From assembly GCA_963796455.1 (NCBI GenBank), contig CAWCLO010000001.1, positions 1,248,001 to 1,312,000 on the forward strand: a stretch of DNA of 64,000 nucleotides, in the 5' to 3' direction. Of this stretch, positions 1-8,996 are shown one piece after another. Both the position numbers and the translations under genes were made by a program. The first letter of the stretch is position 1; each line of letters starts with the position of its first letter. The notes under the pieces are model-generated. The model did no database searches, was not told where the DNA came from, and saw only the letters and a list, made by a program, of their open reading frames with translations. This DNA is from Candidatus Sulfomarinibacteraceae bacterium (lineage in GTDB: Bacteria; Acidobacteriota; Thermoanaerobaculia; Thermoanaerobaculales; Sulfomarinibacteraceae).

Positions 1-1
1 C

Positions 2-334
2 TATCTGATGGGAACGGTCGGTGCGGCAGCCGCCTATCTCACCGGACAGAGAGCCGCCACTCGGGTCGGCGAGCTCACACCGGCCGCCGAGTCGGCCCTC
101 GCCGACCACGAGGCACTGGCGGTCCTGACCTTGACCGCCCTCTCGGTGGTCGCTCTTTTTCGCTTCCTCGTGAGCTGGCTCGCTCGATACGACAAACGGA
201 TCCACGTCGGGATTTTCCGACTGTCGGCACTGCCGCTCGCCCTGCTCGGCATCGCCCTCCTCGTTGCCACGGCCGACCGCGGCGGCAATCTGGTTTACCG
301 GCATGGAGTCGGCGTGACGGTGGAGGCGGAGTAG
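2..334 (+). CDS. DUF2231-like membrane protein, 5'-truncated by the window edge
   Basis: Frame is open from base 2. Hydrophobic helices, AAYLTG...HE and C-terminal GGNLVYRHGVGV are typical of DUF2231. Confidence 0.7.
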   Translation, partial: YLMGTVGAAAAYLTGQRAATRVGELTPAAESALADHEALAVLTLTALSVVALFRFLVSWLARYDKRIHVGIFRLSALPLALLGIALLVATADRGGNLVYRHGVGVTVEAE

Positions 335-340
335 GCTCGG

Positions 341-499
341 AAAGGGAGAAAGGGAGAAAGGGAGAAAGGGAGAAGGGGAGAAAGGGAGAAAGGGAGAACC
401 GTACCGGAAGGTTTGTACATGATAAGGAACAGGTTTCCTCTGCTCCTCTGCTCCTCTGCTCCTCTGCTCCTCTGCTCCTCTGCTCCTCTGCTCCTCTGC
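341..499. repeat. Opposed octamer arrays: (AAAGGGAG)x7 at 341-396 and (TCCTCTGC)x8 at 436-499
   Basis: Counted directly; they lie between convergent genes. Confidence 0.95.
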
Positions 500-503
500 T
501 CGA

Positions 504-2135
504 TCAGGCGCGGAGCGTCTCGTCCTCCAGGGCGGTCGCGACCCCATTCATCGTCTCGAGCTCACCGGCGGCGGTGCCCAGCAGATCCTCAAAGCGGATG
601 GCGTCGCGGTAGGTGGTGATCTCCTCGTCGCTGTACCGGGAGCTCGCCTCCAGGAGGTGGAGACCGGTCACCGCCACATCCCGAGCCGCTGCACCGCCGT
701 GAAGGCGTGCGCAATTCATGAGGAGCTCTTTCCGCGGGCCGGTGTCGCGCGCGGCCTTTTGCGCCAGGGCGACCGATGTTTCGACTTCGGTCGCGAGTCG
801 AGCGAGTTCGAACATCGCCCACTGTTCACGAAGAAGTTTCTTGCCATGACAGGCAAGAAAGGTCTCGGCCAACGCATCGGCTGCCAAGGCTGCCGCTTCA
901 CCCGTACCGAGCTCGCGCAGTGACGTTGCCATGTCGCGATAGAAGGAGCCCTTTGTTTTGACTGTCATCCGCCAGCGGTGGGTTCCGATGATGTTCTGCA
1001 GGATCTCCGATGTGCCTTCGTAGATAGTGGTGATGCGAACGTCGCGTCGGATCTTCTCGACCTCGAACTCGTGGGTGTAGCCGTAGCCGCCGTGGGCCTG
1101 AATCGACGCATCGGCCGCTGCATTGCCGACTTCGGTTGCAAAGAGCTTGGCCACCGCACCTTCCACCTGAAGGCCATGCTCGCCCGAGTCGAGCCGAACC
1201 GCCACCTCCTCGCAGTAGGCCCGTGCCGCCTCGAGGCGAACCGCGAAGGGCACGATGAGTTTGTGGGTGAAGCCCTGCTTGCGATAGAGGGGCTCACCAA
1301 ACTGAATGCGTTCGAGACCATAGACGATGGCCCTCTGCAGAGCCTCCTCGCCGGCGCCGAGGCCAAAGGCCGCAACCATCATTCGTGTGAATCCAAAGAC
1401 CTCGTTGGCCTGTTCCAGCCCCTTGCCTTCCTCGAGACCGAGCAACCGGTCTGCGGGCACCTCGACACCTTCAAGGATAATCGAGGTCGTATTCGAGGCG
1501 CGGATGCCGTGCTTGTGTTCGGCGGGGCCAACCGAAAAACCGGGAGTGTCGCGCTCGATGACAAAGAAGGACGGCCCTTTCGGAGTCTTGGCGAGCACGG
1601 TGTAGATCTGAGCCACGCCACCATTGGTGATGAATTGTTTGGTCCCGTCAATCGAGTAGGCCTTCACCTCACCGTCATCACCGACAATCGGGTTGGCAAC
1701 CGTCTTCAGATTGGCGACGTTCGAACCGGCCTCGGGCTCGGTGACGCCATAGGCGACGATCAGCCCCTCTTCACCGATCCTGCCGAGCCAGTGCTTCTTC
1801 TGCTCATCGGTGCCGCCAACGATGATCGGGTCGACACCAAGGGCGATCGCCAGAAAGGCGGTTGCCACCGCCAGATCGACCCGGGCCATCTCTTCCGAAA
1901 CGCGGAAAAGATCACGCCCGCCACCGCCAAGCCCACCGACCTCCTCAGGGAGGAAAAGCAGGTGCAATCCAAGCTCCGGTCCGAGCATCTCGTCGACCAG
2001 ATCGAGGGGAAACTCAGAATCTTCGTCGAGGTGGAGCCGGGTCTCCTGATTGAGCCGGCGATCGGTGACCGTTTTCAGCGTTTGCAGCACGAATCCGAGT
2101 GTTTCGTCATCCAATCCAGCACGGGTTCTGTCCAT
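504..2135 (-). CDS. Acyl-CoA dehydrogenase family protein
   Basis: TEPEAGS, GTKQFITNG, RIQFG, HGGYGY and IYEGTSEI motifs. ATG 2135 has a GGAGGT RBS. Confidence 0.93.
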   Translation of the reverse strand: MDRTRAGLDDETLGFVLQTLKTVTDRRLNQETRLHLDEDSEFPLDLVDEMLGPELGLHLLFLPEEVGGLGGGGRDLFRVSEEMARVDLAVATAFLAIALGVDPIIVGGTDEQKKHWLGRIGEEGLIVAYGVTEPEAGSNVANLKTVANPIVGDDGEVKAYSIDGTKQFITNGGVAQIYTVLAKTPKGPSFFVIERDTPGFSVGPAEHKHGIRASNTTSIILEGVEVPADRLLGLEEGKGLEQANEVFGFTRMMVAAFGLGAGEEALQRAIVYGLERIQFGEPLYRKQGFTHKLIVPFAVRLEAARAYCEEVAVRLDSGEHGLQVEGAVAKLFATEVGNAAADASIQAHGGYGYTHEFEVEKIRRDVRITTIYEGTSEILQNIIGTHRWRMTVKTKGSFYRDMATSLRELGTGEAAALAADALAETFLACHGKKLLREQWAMFELARLATEVETSVALAQKAARDTGPRKELLMNCARLHGGAAARDVAVTGLHLLEASSRYSDEEITTYRDAIRFEDLLGTAAGELETMNGVATALEDETLRA

Positions 2136-2187
2136 TTCGATCCACCTCCAAAGAGTCGGCATTATGGCACACCACACGCCCACCCAA

Positions 2188-2344
2188 ATGCTGGATGCTA
2201 GATGCTAGATGCGGCGAAATCTTCGATTGGTCCTGAAGCGTTGTCAGGGGCTCCACCGGAACCGATGATGATTTGCGCTCGATGGGACTTTTCAGGAAAA
2301 AGGTTCAATCGAGTATCGAGCATTGTGTCTCCAGCATCCAGTAT
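2188..2344. repeat. Inverted heptamer tracts: GATGCTR at about 2188-2212 and degenerate AGYATC-containing heptamers at about 2309-2344
   Basis: atgctggatgctagatgctagatgc faces tcgagtatcgagcat...ccagcatccagtat. The right tract is interrupted by the element at 2345. Confidence 0.8.
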
Positions 2345-2545
2345 CACTGCTGTCCAAAACAGATTGTCATGATGTTACCCACCTGACAACACGTGGTTTA
2401 CGGGTTGGTTTTTGGCATTTCCGGTTCGCGGTTGGCACGTACCCGATCCCGATCCCGAATTGCAGCGGCAGCGACAGTGTCCGGCGGCAGCGACAGGGGA
2501 CAGCGAACAGGGACAGCGGTCGGTGTTCAGTGTTCAGCGGCAGCA

Positions 2546-2579
<34 letters not shown>

Positions 2580-2600
2580 TCAGGAGTACAGGCGGCGAAG

Positions 2601-2738
2601 TGGCCACCTCCGGGTCGTTCAAAGGAAGGGGTAACCGGTGGGCGGCCGATGTCAAGGACAGGCAGGGTGCAGGGCATCCTTGACATCGGCCACCACACCG
2701 GCTTGTGGGTAGGGGCATGAACGACCCGGAGGTGACCA
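2601..2738 (+). promoter_or_regulatory. Long nested hairpin covering the RBS and start of the four-helix-bundle gene
   Basis: 2601-2621 pairs with 2718-2738 (20/21, including GGAGGT and the A of ATG). 2644-2658 pairs with 2677-2691 (15/15). Confidence 0.75.
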
Positions 2739-3091
2739 TGTCCTCAGCCGCCACGAACACCAACCTCGTTGCCCACTCGAAAGCCCTCGAAGCTGCAGGC
2801 ATCGCGATCAAACTCGTGATGAGGGTTCCGGCTCCTCTGAAGTCGATAGCCGATCAGGTGATCCGTTCAGCAAGTTCGGTCCCTGCGAATCTGGCAGAAG
2901 GGCACGGCCGAGTCGGTAGAGACCGGTCAAACCACTGGAGAATCGCCTACGCCTCGGCGAAAGAGGTCGACAGCCACTTGAAGCTCCTCGCCCATGCCGG
3001 GGCAATCAGCCCGAACAGAGCCAGTGAAGCGATGAAGGCCTTTGATCAGGTGCGTGCAATGACTTGGAGATTGCTCAACCCGAAGTCTTGA
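2738..3091 (+). CDS. Four helix bundle protein (23S rRNA-IVP / TIGR02436 / bAvd-like), 117 aa
   Basis: DQVIRSASSVPANLAEGHGR and IAYASAKEV signature. GGAGGT RBS precedes ATG 2738. Confidence 0.92.
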   Translation: MSSAATNTNLVAHSKALEAAGIAIKLVMRVPAPLKSIADQVIRSASSVPANLAEGHGRVGRDRSNHWRIAYASAKEVDSHLKLLAHAGAISPNRASEAMKAFDQVRAMTWRLLNPKS

Positions 3092-3282
3092 TTTCAGGGC
3101 CCCATGCCAGTCAAACGTGACGCTGACTCCTGTTCGCTGACGCTGAACACTGATTGCTGTTCCCTGTCCCTGACGCTGATCGCTGTCGCCGTCCCTGAAC
3201 GCTATCCGAGACTCTGTCTTGGACAAGAGTGATCCTGCATCCGGATGGTGGGCGTTACAATAGGCGCTCGCAGGAGAAATAC

Positions 3283-4125
3283 ATGAAACTGGAAACCACC
3301 ATCGAGATCGAAGGAGTCGAAATCCACCTGGCGCGACCGGTCCGGGAGATCCCCGATTGGATCGGTCAACGTGAGGTGCTGCTGCAGCTGCTGGCCGCCT
3401 GGTCGCTCTTTTCAGAAACCGACGCACCCCTCAACCCACGCCTCCTCGGCAAACCCGGGGTCGGAAAGACCACCCTCGCCTGCGCAGCCGCCCGCGAACT
3501 CGAACGCGAGATCTACATCGTCCAGGCGACCACCGACACCCGTCCCGAAGACCTCCTCGTGACCCCGGTTCTGGCGCCGTCCGGCGGTGTGCGCTACATG
3601 GCATCCCCGCTCGTCACGGCGATGATCCGGGGTGGCGTCTGCATCCTCGACGAGGGCAACCGGATGAGCGAGAAATCGTGGGCCTCCCTGGCTCCACTCC
3701 TCGATCACCGACGGAGCATCGACAGCGTGGTGGCCGGAATCACGGTCAACGCCGACGAGGGTTTTCGCTTCGCCACCACCATGAACGAGGACGCCTCCAC
3801 CTACGAAGTGCCCGAATACATTCATTCACGTCTGATGCCTCAGATCACCATAGACTTTCCGGAGGAAGACGAGGAGCGGGAGATTCTCCGTACCCAGGTC
3901 GCCGGAGTCGAGGACGAGGTATTGAATTATGTACTCGGTTTTTTGCGCGCCGCCCACCTGGCCGACCTCCGCTATTCCGTCCGAGACGGCATCAACATCG
4001 CACGCTATGCGATGAAGTTGCTGGCCCGCCGTGAGGCCGAGGATCCCCGTCGCGCGGTCGACACCGCCCTGCGTTTGGCAATCGGAGAGGAAGAGGCCGA
4101 AACCTTTCGGTTTGCGACCGACTGA
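3283..4125 (+). CDS. MoxR/CbbQ-NorQ-like AAA+ ATPase (AAA_5)
   Basis: Walker A GKPGVGKT, Walker B CILDEGNR, sensor TTMN. AGGAG RBS before ATG 3283. Confidence 0.88.
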   Translation: MKLETTIEIEGVEIHLARPVREIPDWIGQREVLLQLLAAWSLFSETDAPLNPRLLGKPGVGKTTLACAAARELEREIYIVQATTDTRPEDLLVTPVLAPSGGVRYMASPLVTAMIRGGVCILDEGNRMSEKSWASLAPLLDHRRSIDSVVAGITVNADEGFRFATTMNEDASTYEVPEYIHSRLMPQITIDFPEEDEEREILRTQVAGVEDEVLNYVLGFLRAAHLADLRYSVRDGINIARYAMKLLARREAEDPRRAVDTALRLAIGEEEAETFRFATD

Positions 4126-4127
4126 AT

Positions 4128-4237
4128 GATTTCGGATTTCGGATTTCGGATTTCGAATTTGAGCATTCTCCTAACAAAAAGGTTGCTCGGCTCAGCCGAT
4201 CTGAAAATCCGGAATTCGAAATTCGAAATTCGAAATC
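4128..4237. repeat. Inverted heptamer arrays (GATTTCG)n / (CGAAATT)n
   Basis: Seen at 4128-4161 and 4205-4237, between co-oriented genes. Confidence 0.92.
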
Positions 4238-4244
4238 GGCTGCC

Positions 4245-6233
4245 ATGACATTCGATACCGAAATGATCGCCCCCGTAGCCATCCCCGGCATTCGCATCCT
4301 GCCAATACTGCACGAGCGGGTCGACCTGGCCACAGTCGTCCGTCGCGCGCTCGAGGATCTGCAGCCCGCTGCGGTCGCTGTCGAGCTGCCGACGACCCTC
4401 GCCGCAGTTTCCGCCAAGGCGGTCGATCGTCTACCGCTGATCTCGGTGGTGGTGTCCGAAGAGCCCGGCGAAGATGCGTTGGTCTGGGTCGTGACTCCGG
4501 GCGACCCGTTGGTCGAGGCCATGCGATGGGCCGCAGAAAACAAGCGCGAGGTAGTCCTGGTCGATCCCGACGTCCGCTACCACCACCAGCGGCGCGACCT
4601 GCTCCCCGACCCCCACACGATCCACACGCTGGGGCCGGCAGGTTTTATCGACCTCATCCGACGTCTCGCCGATGATGCGCCCTCCGATGATCGAGACGCC
4701 CTTCGCGAGCGGGGCATGGCCCACAATCTCCAGATGGCCGCAGATCGGATCGACGGATCGATTGTGTGCCTGGTCGGGGCGGCGCACGCCCTGCGTCTGA
4801 CGACACTCCTCCAGGGCCCGACCGCCCCTGCCCTCGCCAGAAGCCGGCGGAGCAATGTTCTGCTCCGCCATCTGCACCCGGAGAGCATGACCGCCGTGCT
4901 CCCCGACCCACCGCTCGTACACGCTGTGTTCGAACACCTTCGTGGTGCCGAGATCCCGCCGGAGCCGGATTTCTCCGCCACCGTTTCTCCGCGGCTCGAG
5001 ATTGAACACGGGGCCTTGACCTTGATCACCGGCGGCCGCGGGGATGATCGCCTCGGTCGCGAGTTCTCGTTGGCCGCCTGGGCCGCACATCACGGCAGCC
5101 GTCTCCTCGACGACGGGACCAGGGTGCCGGACCGCGAAGCGGTCGGGCGGGTTGTGTGGCGCGTGGGATCAGCCTCATATGCCGAGCAGACGCGAACCAG
5201 CGTCAGCCGCTGGCAGCGCCGCCTCTTTTTCGATTTTGTCCGCCGATACACCCGGATTCGCGGTCAGCTGGCCCCCGGTCTCTATGAATGGGTGGTCGGT
5301 GCCCGCGGCATCGCCGATGACAATCTGGCCTGGGAGGTCTTCGATGTCGCCCGCTGCTACCCGTGGCAGCAGCAGGAGGCTGAGATCCAGACCGCACGAA
5401 TCGACGGTGAATTTCTCAACCTCGGCACCCGAAGCGTGCGCTTTCGCCGCCGATTCTTTCGGGTCAAACAGAAACCGCTGGCGGTCCCTGTGCGCAGTCG
5501 ACCCTCACCGGATGAGCCTGGAGAGTGGTTGCAGGCATTTTCGGGCGAGAGCATTTGCTCCTACCCTCCCGAAGACATCGTGATCGAGGATTGGGGACGC
5601 CACGTCAAACAGCGAGCGGTCTCCATCGTGAGCGCCGAACACGCCAGCTCGGAGCCTTTTACCACCAGCATCCTCGATGGCATCGACATCCGGGAGACCC
5701 TGCTCCGCCGCCATGAAGGCAGAATCTGGGTCCGCCAGCGCGGCCGCGACCAGGGAGCCGCCGGTTCGGTGGTGATGATCTTCGATCAGGACCCGGACGG
5801 CACCCGATATCCCTATCTGATGAGCTGGCTCGGTGAGCACGAGCAGGAGTCGGACATGGCACTATATGCCACCGATCCCATGCAGCAGGTCGTCGGTCCC
5901 GGCATCATGCGCGCCACCTATGGGGGCTTCATGCTCACCTATCCGCCGGGCCGACTGTATGACGTGTGGAGGGACCCCGACTACGGGATGGCGCGGGCCA
6001 AGTCCGAGGTGCTGGTGATGGCGGCGGTGGACTACAGCACCGACAAGCTGGTGGTGCACGTCGCACCCCACGCACCGCCGTCAGGTCTCCGCGAATACGC
6101 CTCCCGTCAGGGCAAACGAATCGTCCACGTTCCGCTCGGCAGCCTCTCACCGACAAGCCTGCGCACCGTGCGTGTGGTGCACATTCTGGCCGGGCGCGAT
6201 AAACGGGAAATTGCCAAAGACTACGTCTGGTAA
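4245..6233 (+). CDS. Conserved hypothetical protein; TraB/ChaN-like N-terminus, possible degenerate VWA-like C-terminus
   Basis: 662-aa ORF with PILH, AVELP, RERGMA and LVGAAH motifs, then DGIDIRETL...VVMIFD. Follows the MoxR-type ATPase. Confidence 0.6.
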   Translation: MTFDTEMIAPVAIPGIRILPILHERVDLATVVRRALEDLQPAAVAVELPTTLAAVSAKAVDRLPLISVVVSEEPGEDALVWVVTPGDPLVEAMRWAAENKREVVLVDPDVRYHHQRRDLLPDPHTIHTLGPAGFIDLIRRLADDAPSDDRDALRERGMAHNLQMAADRIDGSIVCLVGAAHALRLTTLLQGPTAPALARSRRSNVLLRHLHPESMTAVLPDPPLVHAVFEHLRGAEIPPEPDFSATVSPRLEIEHGALTLITGGRGDDRLGREFSLAAWAAHHGSRLLDDGTRVPDREAVGRVVWRVGSASYAEQTRTSVSRWQRRLFFDFVRRYTRIRGQLAPGLYEWVVGARGIADDNLAWEVFDVARCYPWQQQEAEIQTARIDGEFLNLGTRSVRFRRRFFRVKQKPLAVPVRSRPSPDEPGEWLQAFSGESICSYPPEDIVIEDWGRHVKQRAVSIVSAEHASSEPFTTSILDGIDIRETLLRRHEGRIWVRQRGRDQGAAGSVVMIFDQDPDGTRYPYLMSWLGEHEQESDMALYATDPMQQVVGPGIMRATYGGFMLTYPPGRLYDVWRDPDYGMARAKSEVLVMAAVDYSTDKLVVHVAPHAPPSGLREYASRQGKRIVHVPLGSLSPTSLRTVRVVHILAGRDKREIAKDYVW

Positions 6234-6259
6234 GCGGACGGATCTCGATTGCCGAAAAT

Positions 6260-7498
6260 TCAGAGTGCCAGGCGGCGAACGCCCGGATAGCCGTCAAACG
6301 CGGGTTCGTCATCAAGAACTTCGCCGCCCATCATGCGATCCGCAACGCCGCGATAAGCCTCGCCACGGGGTCCCTCGGCCATTTCCGCCGCCTTGAGTTC
6401 GAGGGCCACAGCTTCGTCGACCTGACCAGTGATGTAGAGCAGTCGTGCGAGAGTATCGGTGATATCGGCATCCGGTTGCACCGCGTAGGCTTCACGGGCG
6501 ATCGACAGAGCGGTCTCCATGTCTTCTTTGGCAAGATAAAGCCGCCAAGCAACCACATTAAGGGTATTGGCTTCGGCCTTTTCGCCCTCCGACCGGTACC
6601 ACCGGGAGTAGATCTCAGCCGCGAGTTCGTAGTGCCCATTTCGATAGGCGAAGTCCGCGATCCGAAACAACTCTTGGGGTGATGTGGATTCCAGTTTCGG
6701 TATTTCCAGAATAGCCGCTGCATCCTCATACCTCGCGTCACGGAGCAGCGCAGCCTGTTCGTCGGCTGTCATCGTTGACAACTCATCCCGAAGAAGAGCG
6801 TGGAGCGTTGCCGTGCCCACCGTGTCGGGCACCGCAAAACCGCGGTTCCAGCCACCCAGATAGAGTTTGGCGGCGCGTTCGAAAACCCGGGCGTGGAGTT
6901 CAGACCGGGCGGCGAACATGAGTTGCCGGCACAAGGTGTCCTCGCTCCCCCCGGTGGCCTCATGAAAGGCCTCGATTCGGCTGATCGCGCCCTCGGGATC
7001 CGATCGCTCGAGCAGACCCAGGACCGATCGTTCGATGGCTTCGACACTGCCCGGATCTTCTTCGAGCTGGCGAAGACACGCGAGGAAGGTGTCACCGACC
7101 TGAACACGTTCGACCCGCCGCATGAATTTTTCCGGAGGCAGATACCCGATCACCCGGTCCAGTTCGTAGCCCGTCGAATCGAGAAAAACCATCGTCGGGT
7201 AGCTGTCGACTTCGAAAAGGGCTGCCAGCTCTGCGCCTTCCTTTTCGGCGTCGACCCGCATGGCCACCAAAGTGTTCAGATGACGACGAACATCGGAATC
7301 TGAAAAGGTCTCATCGTTGAGGCGACGGCACCAGCTGCACCAATCGGTGTGGAACTCAACCATGATCATGGAATCACGAGACTCTGCCTCGGCTTTGGCG
7401 GCAGCAAGATCGCCATCGAACCACCGCACCGGTTCGGTCTGCTGGCAGGCACTCGCCGCCAGGGTGACCGCAGCCATCAGCGCATATGCTCGTTTCAT
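6260..7498 (-). CDS. Thioredoxin-fold lipoprotein with TPR-like C-terminus
   Basis: Lipobox LAASAC, WCSWC active site, YPT cis-Pro motif, helical repeats. Confidence 0.8.
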   Translation of the reverse strand: MKRAYALMAAVTLAASACQQTEPVRWFDGDLAAAKAEAESRDSMIMVEFHTDWCSWCRRLNDETFSDSDVRRHLNTLVAMRVDAEKEGAELAALFEVDSYPTMVFLDSTGYELDRVIGYLPPEKFMRRVERVQVGDTFLACLRQLEEDPGSVEAIERSVLGLLERSDPEGAISRIEAFHEATGGSEDTLCRQLMFAARSELHARVFERAAKLYLGGWNRGFAVPDTVGTATLHALLRDELSTMTADEQAALLRDARYEDAAAILEIPKLESTSPQELFRIADFAYRNGHYELAAEIYSRWYRSEGEKAEANTLNVVAWRLYLAKEDMETALSIAREAYAVQPDADITDTLARLLYITGQVDEAVALELKAAEMAEGPRGEAYRGVADRMMGGEVLDDEPAFDGYPGVRRLAL

Positions 7499-7684
7499 CC
7501 ATTCCTCCGCCGGCGTACGGTGTTCCGTTCGCCCTCTGTACTCTTATTTTGCCGGAAGTGCGCTCCCAGTTGCACGGCATTTTTTGCCGAATCGAGCCGA
7601 TCGATAATTCACAACCTCAAGCTACGCAGCACGCAGGAGATGGTTGCACCGGGAATAACAAGGCAACACCGCAGAAATTCCGCT

Positions 7685-8887
7685 CTACTCGGTTCGCAGG
7701 GCATCCACAGGATCGAGATCCGCCGCCCGCCGGGCCGGAGCCACGCCGCTGATGATGCCAACCAGCAAACACATGGCGAGCGCCGCCGCCACCGCAAGAG
7801 GTGGGGTGGTCAGGGGAAGCCCGGGCACCGCAGCTTTAGAGAGGATCACCAGACCGAATCCAGCACCGAGGCCCAGGAGCCCACCGGTCACCGCCAGCAT
7901 GACGGACTCGAGCAGAAACAGACCTTGAACCGTCGTCCGCGACACGCCGAGCGCCCGCAGGAGACCGATCTCGTTGGTCCGCTCGTGAACCGAAATCCAC
8001 ATGATCGTCAGAATACCGATCGCACCGACAAGCAACGAGACGCCTGCGATTCCCGAGACCGCGATCGTGATCATCCCGATCACCTTGCCAAAGGTTTCGA
8101 GCATTTCGGTCTGGGTGGTGATGGTGAAATCCTCTTCTCCACGATGCCGGCTCATGAGTATGGATCGCATGGCGGCAACCACATCCGGTATGACCTCTGT
8201 CCCGCTCGCCACCACATCGATCTCCACCAACTCATCGACATCAAAGAGATCCATTGCCGACGCCACCGGGACATAGACGGTGTCATCGAGATCGAAGCCC
8301 ATCATCTGTCCTTTGGCTTCCATGACTCCGATGACCACGAAGGTGGAGCCTCCGATTCGGATCCGTTTTCCGAGCGGCGACTCTTCACCGAAGAGTTCTT
8401 GCGACAATTTGTAACCGACCACGGCAAAGGAACTCTTTCGATTCGGGTCCATCGGTGGAAGAAAGACCCCCTGAGAAACCTTCAATCGGAAGGCCTTGGC
8501 CGCTTCCCACCCGACGCCCTGGACAAAGACGCTCCGGCCCCGTCCCCCACCCTCAACCTTCGCCTGACCAAAGGCCACCGGCACCACTTCATTCACATTT
8601 GGCAGCCGACGCAGGCTTTCGGCATCAGCGATGGTGAGCTTGTGGGTCGTCCCACCGAGGGCGCCCGGCATCCCCAGCGTTTTCACTTTGCCTGGGTTGA
8701 CCGCGATGATGCTGGTTCCGAACTGGGTGAACTGGCCGACGATGTAGTCGCGCGTGCCCTCGCCAAGCGAGGTCAACAAAATCACGGCGGTGACACCGAT
8801 GGCAACCCCGAGGGCGGACAGAAAGCTCCGCAATCGATGGCCGCGTAATGCGCCGCCGACAAAGCGGAGGAGCTCTAAAAAATCCAT
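7685..8887 (-). CDS. ABC transporter permease (MacB/FtsX family)
   Basis: LRSFLSALGVAIG, ERTNEIGLLRALG, ARRAADLDPVDALR. ATG 8887 has a GGAGGA RBS. Confidence 0.92.
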   Translation of the reverse strand: MDFLELLRFVGGALRGHRLRSFLSALGVAIGVTAVILLTSLGEGTRDYIVGQFTQFGTSIIAVNPGKVKTLGMPGALGGTTHKLTIADAESLRRLPNVNEVVPVAFGQAKVEGGGRGRSVFVQGVGWEAAKAFRLKVSQGVFLPPMDPNRKSSFAVVGYKLSQELFGEESPLGKRIRIGGSTFVVIGVMEAKGQMMGFDLDDTVYVPVASAMDLFDVDELVEIDVVASGTEVIPDVVAAMRSILMSRHRGEEDFTITTQTEMLETFGKVIGMITIAVSGIAGVSLLVGAIGILTIMWISVHERTNEIGLLRALGVSRTTVQGLFLLESVMLAVTGGLLGLGAGFGLVILSKAAVPGLPLTTPPLAVAAALAMCLLVGIISGVAPARRAADLDPVDALRTE

Positions 8888-8898
8888 CCATCCTCCTC

Positions 8899-8990
8899 TC
8901 GAGTTCGGAATTCGGAATTCGGAATTCGGAGTTGAACTCGCCAGCCCGGAAAAGGGCGAATTCCGAACTCCGAACTCCGATCTCCGAATT
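8899..8990. repeat. Inverted heptamer arrays (TTCGGAR)n / (TCCGAAC)n
   Basis: Fills the gap between the two permease genes. Confidence 0.92.
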
Positions 8991-8996
8991 GACTGA

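Noticed and set aside
2738..3091. Diversity-generating retroelement, suggested by the Avd-like fold and the 3'-end copy at 20565-20636
   Set aside because: No reverse transcriptase is in the window, and the differences between copies are mostly synonymous rather than adenine-specific.
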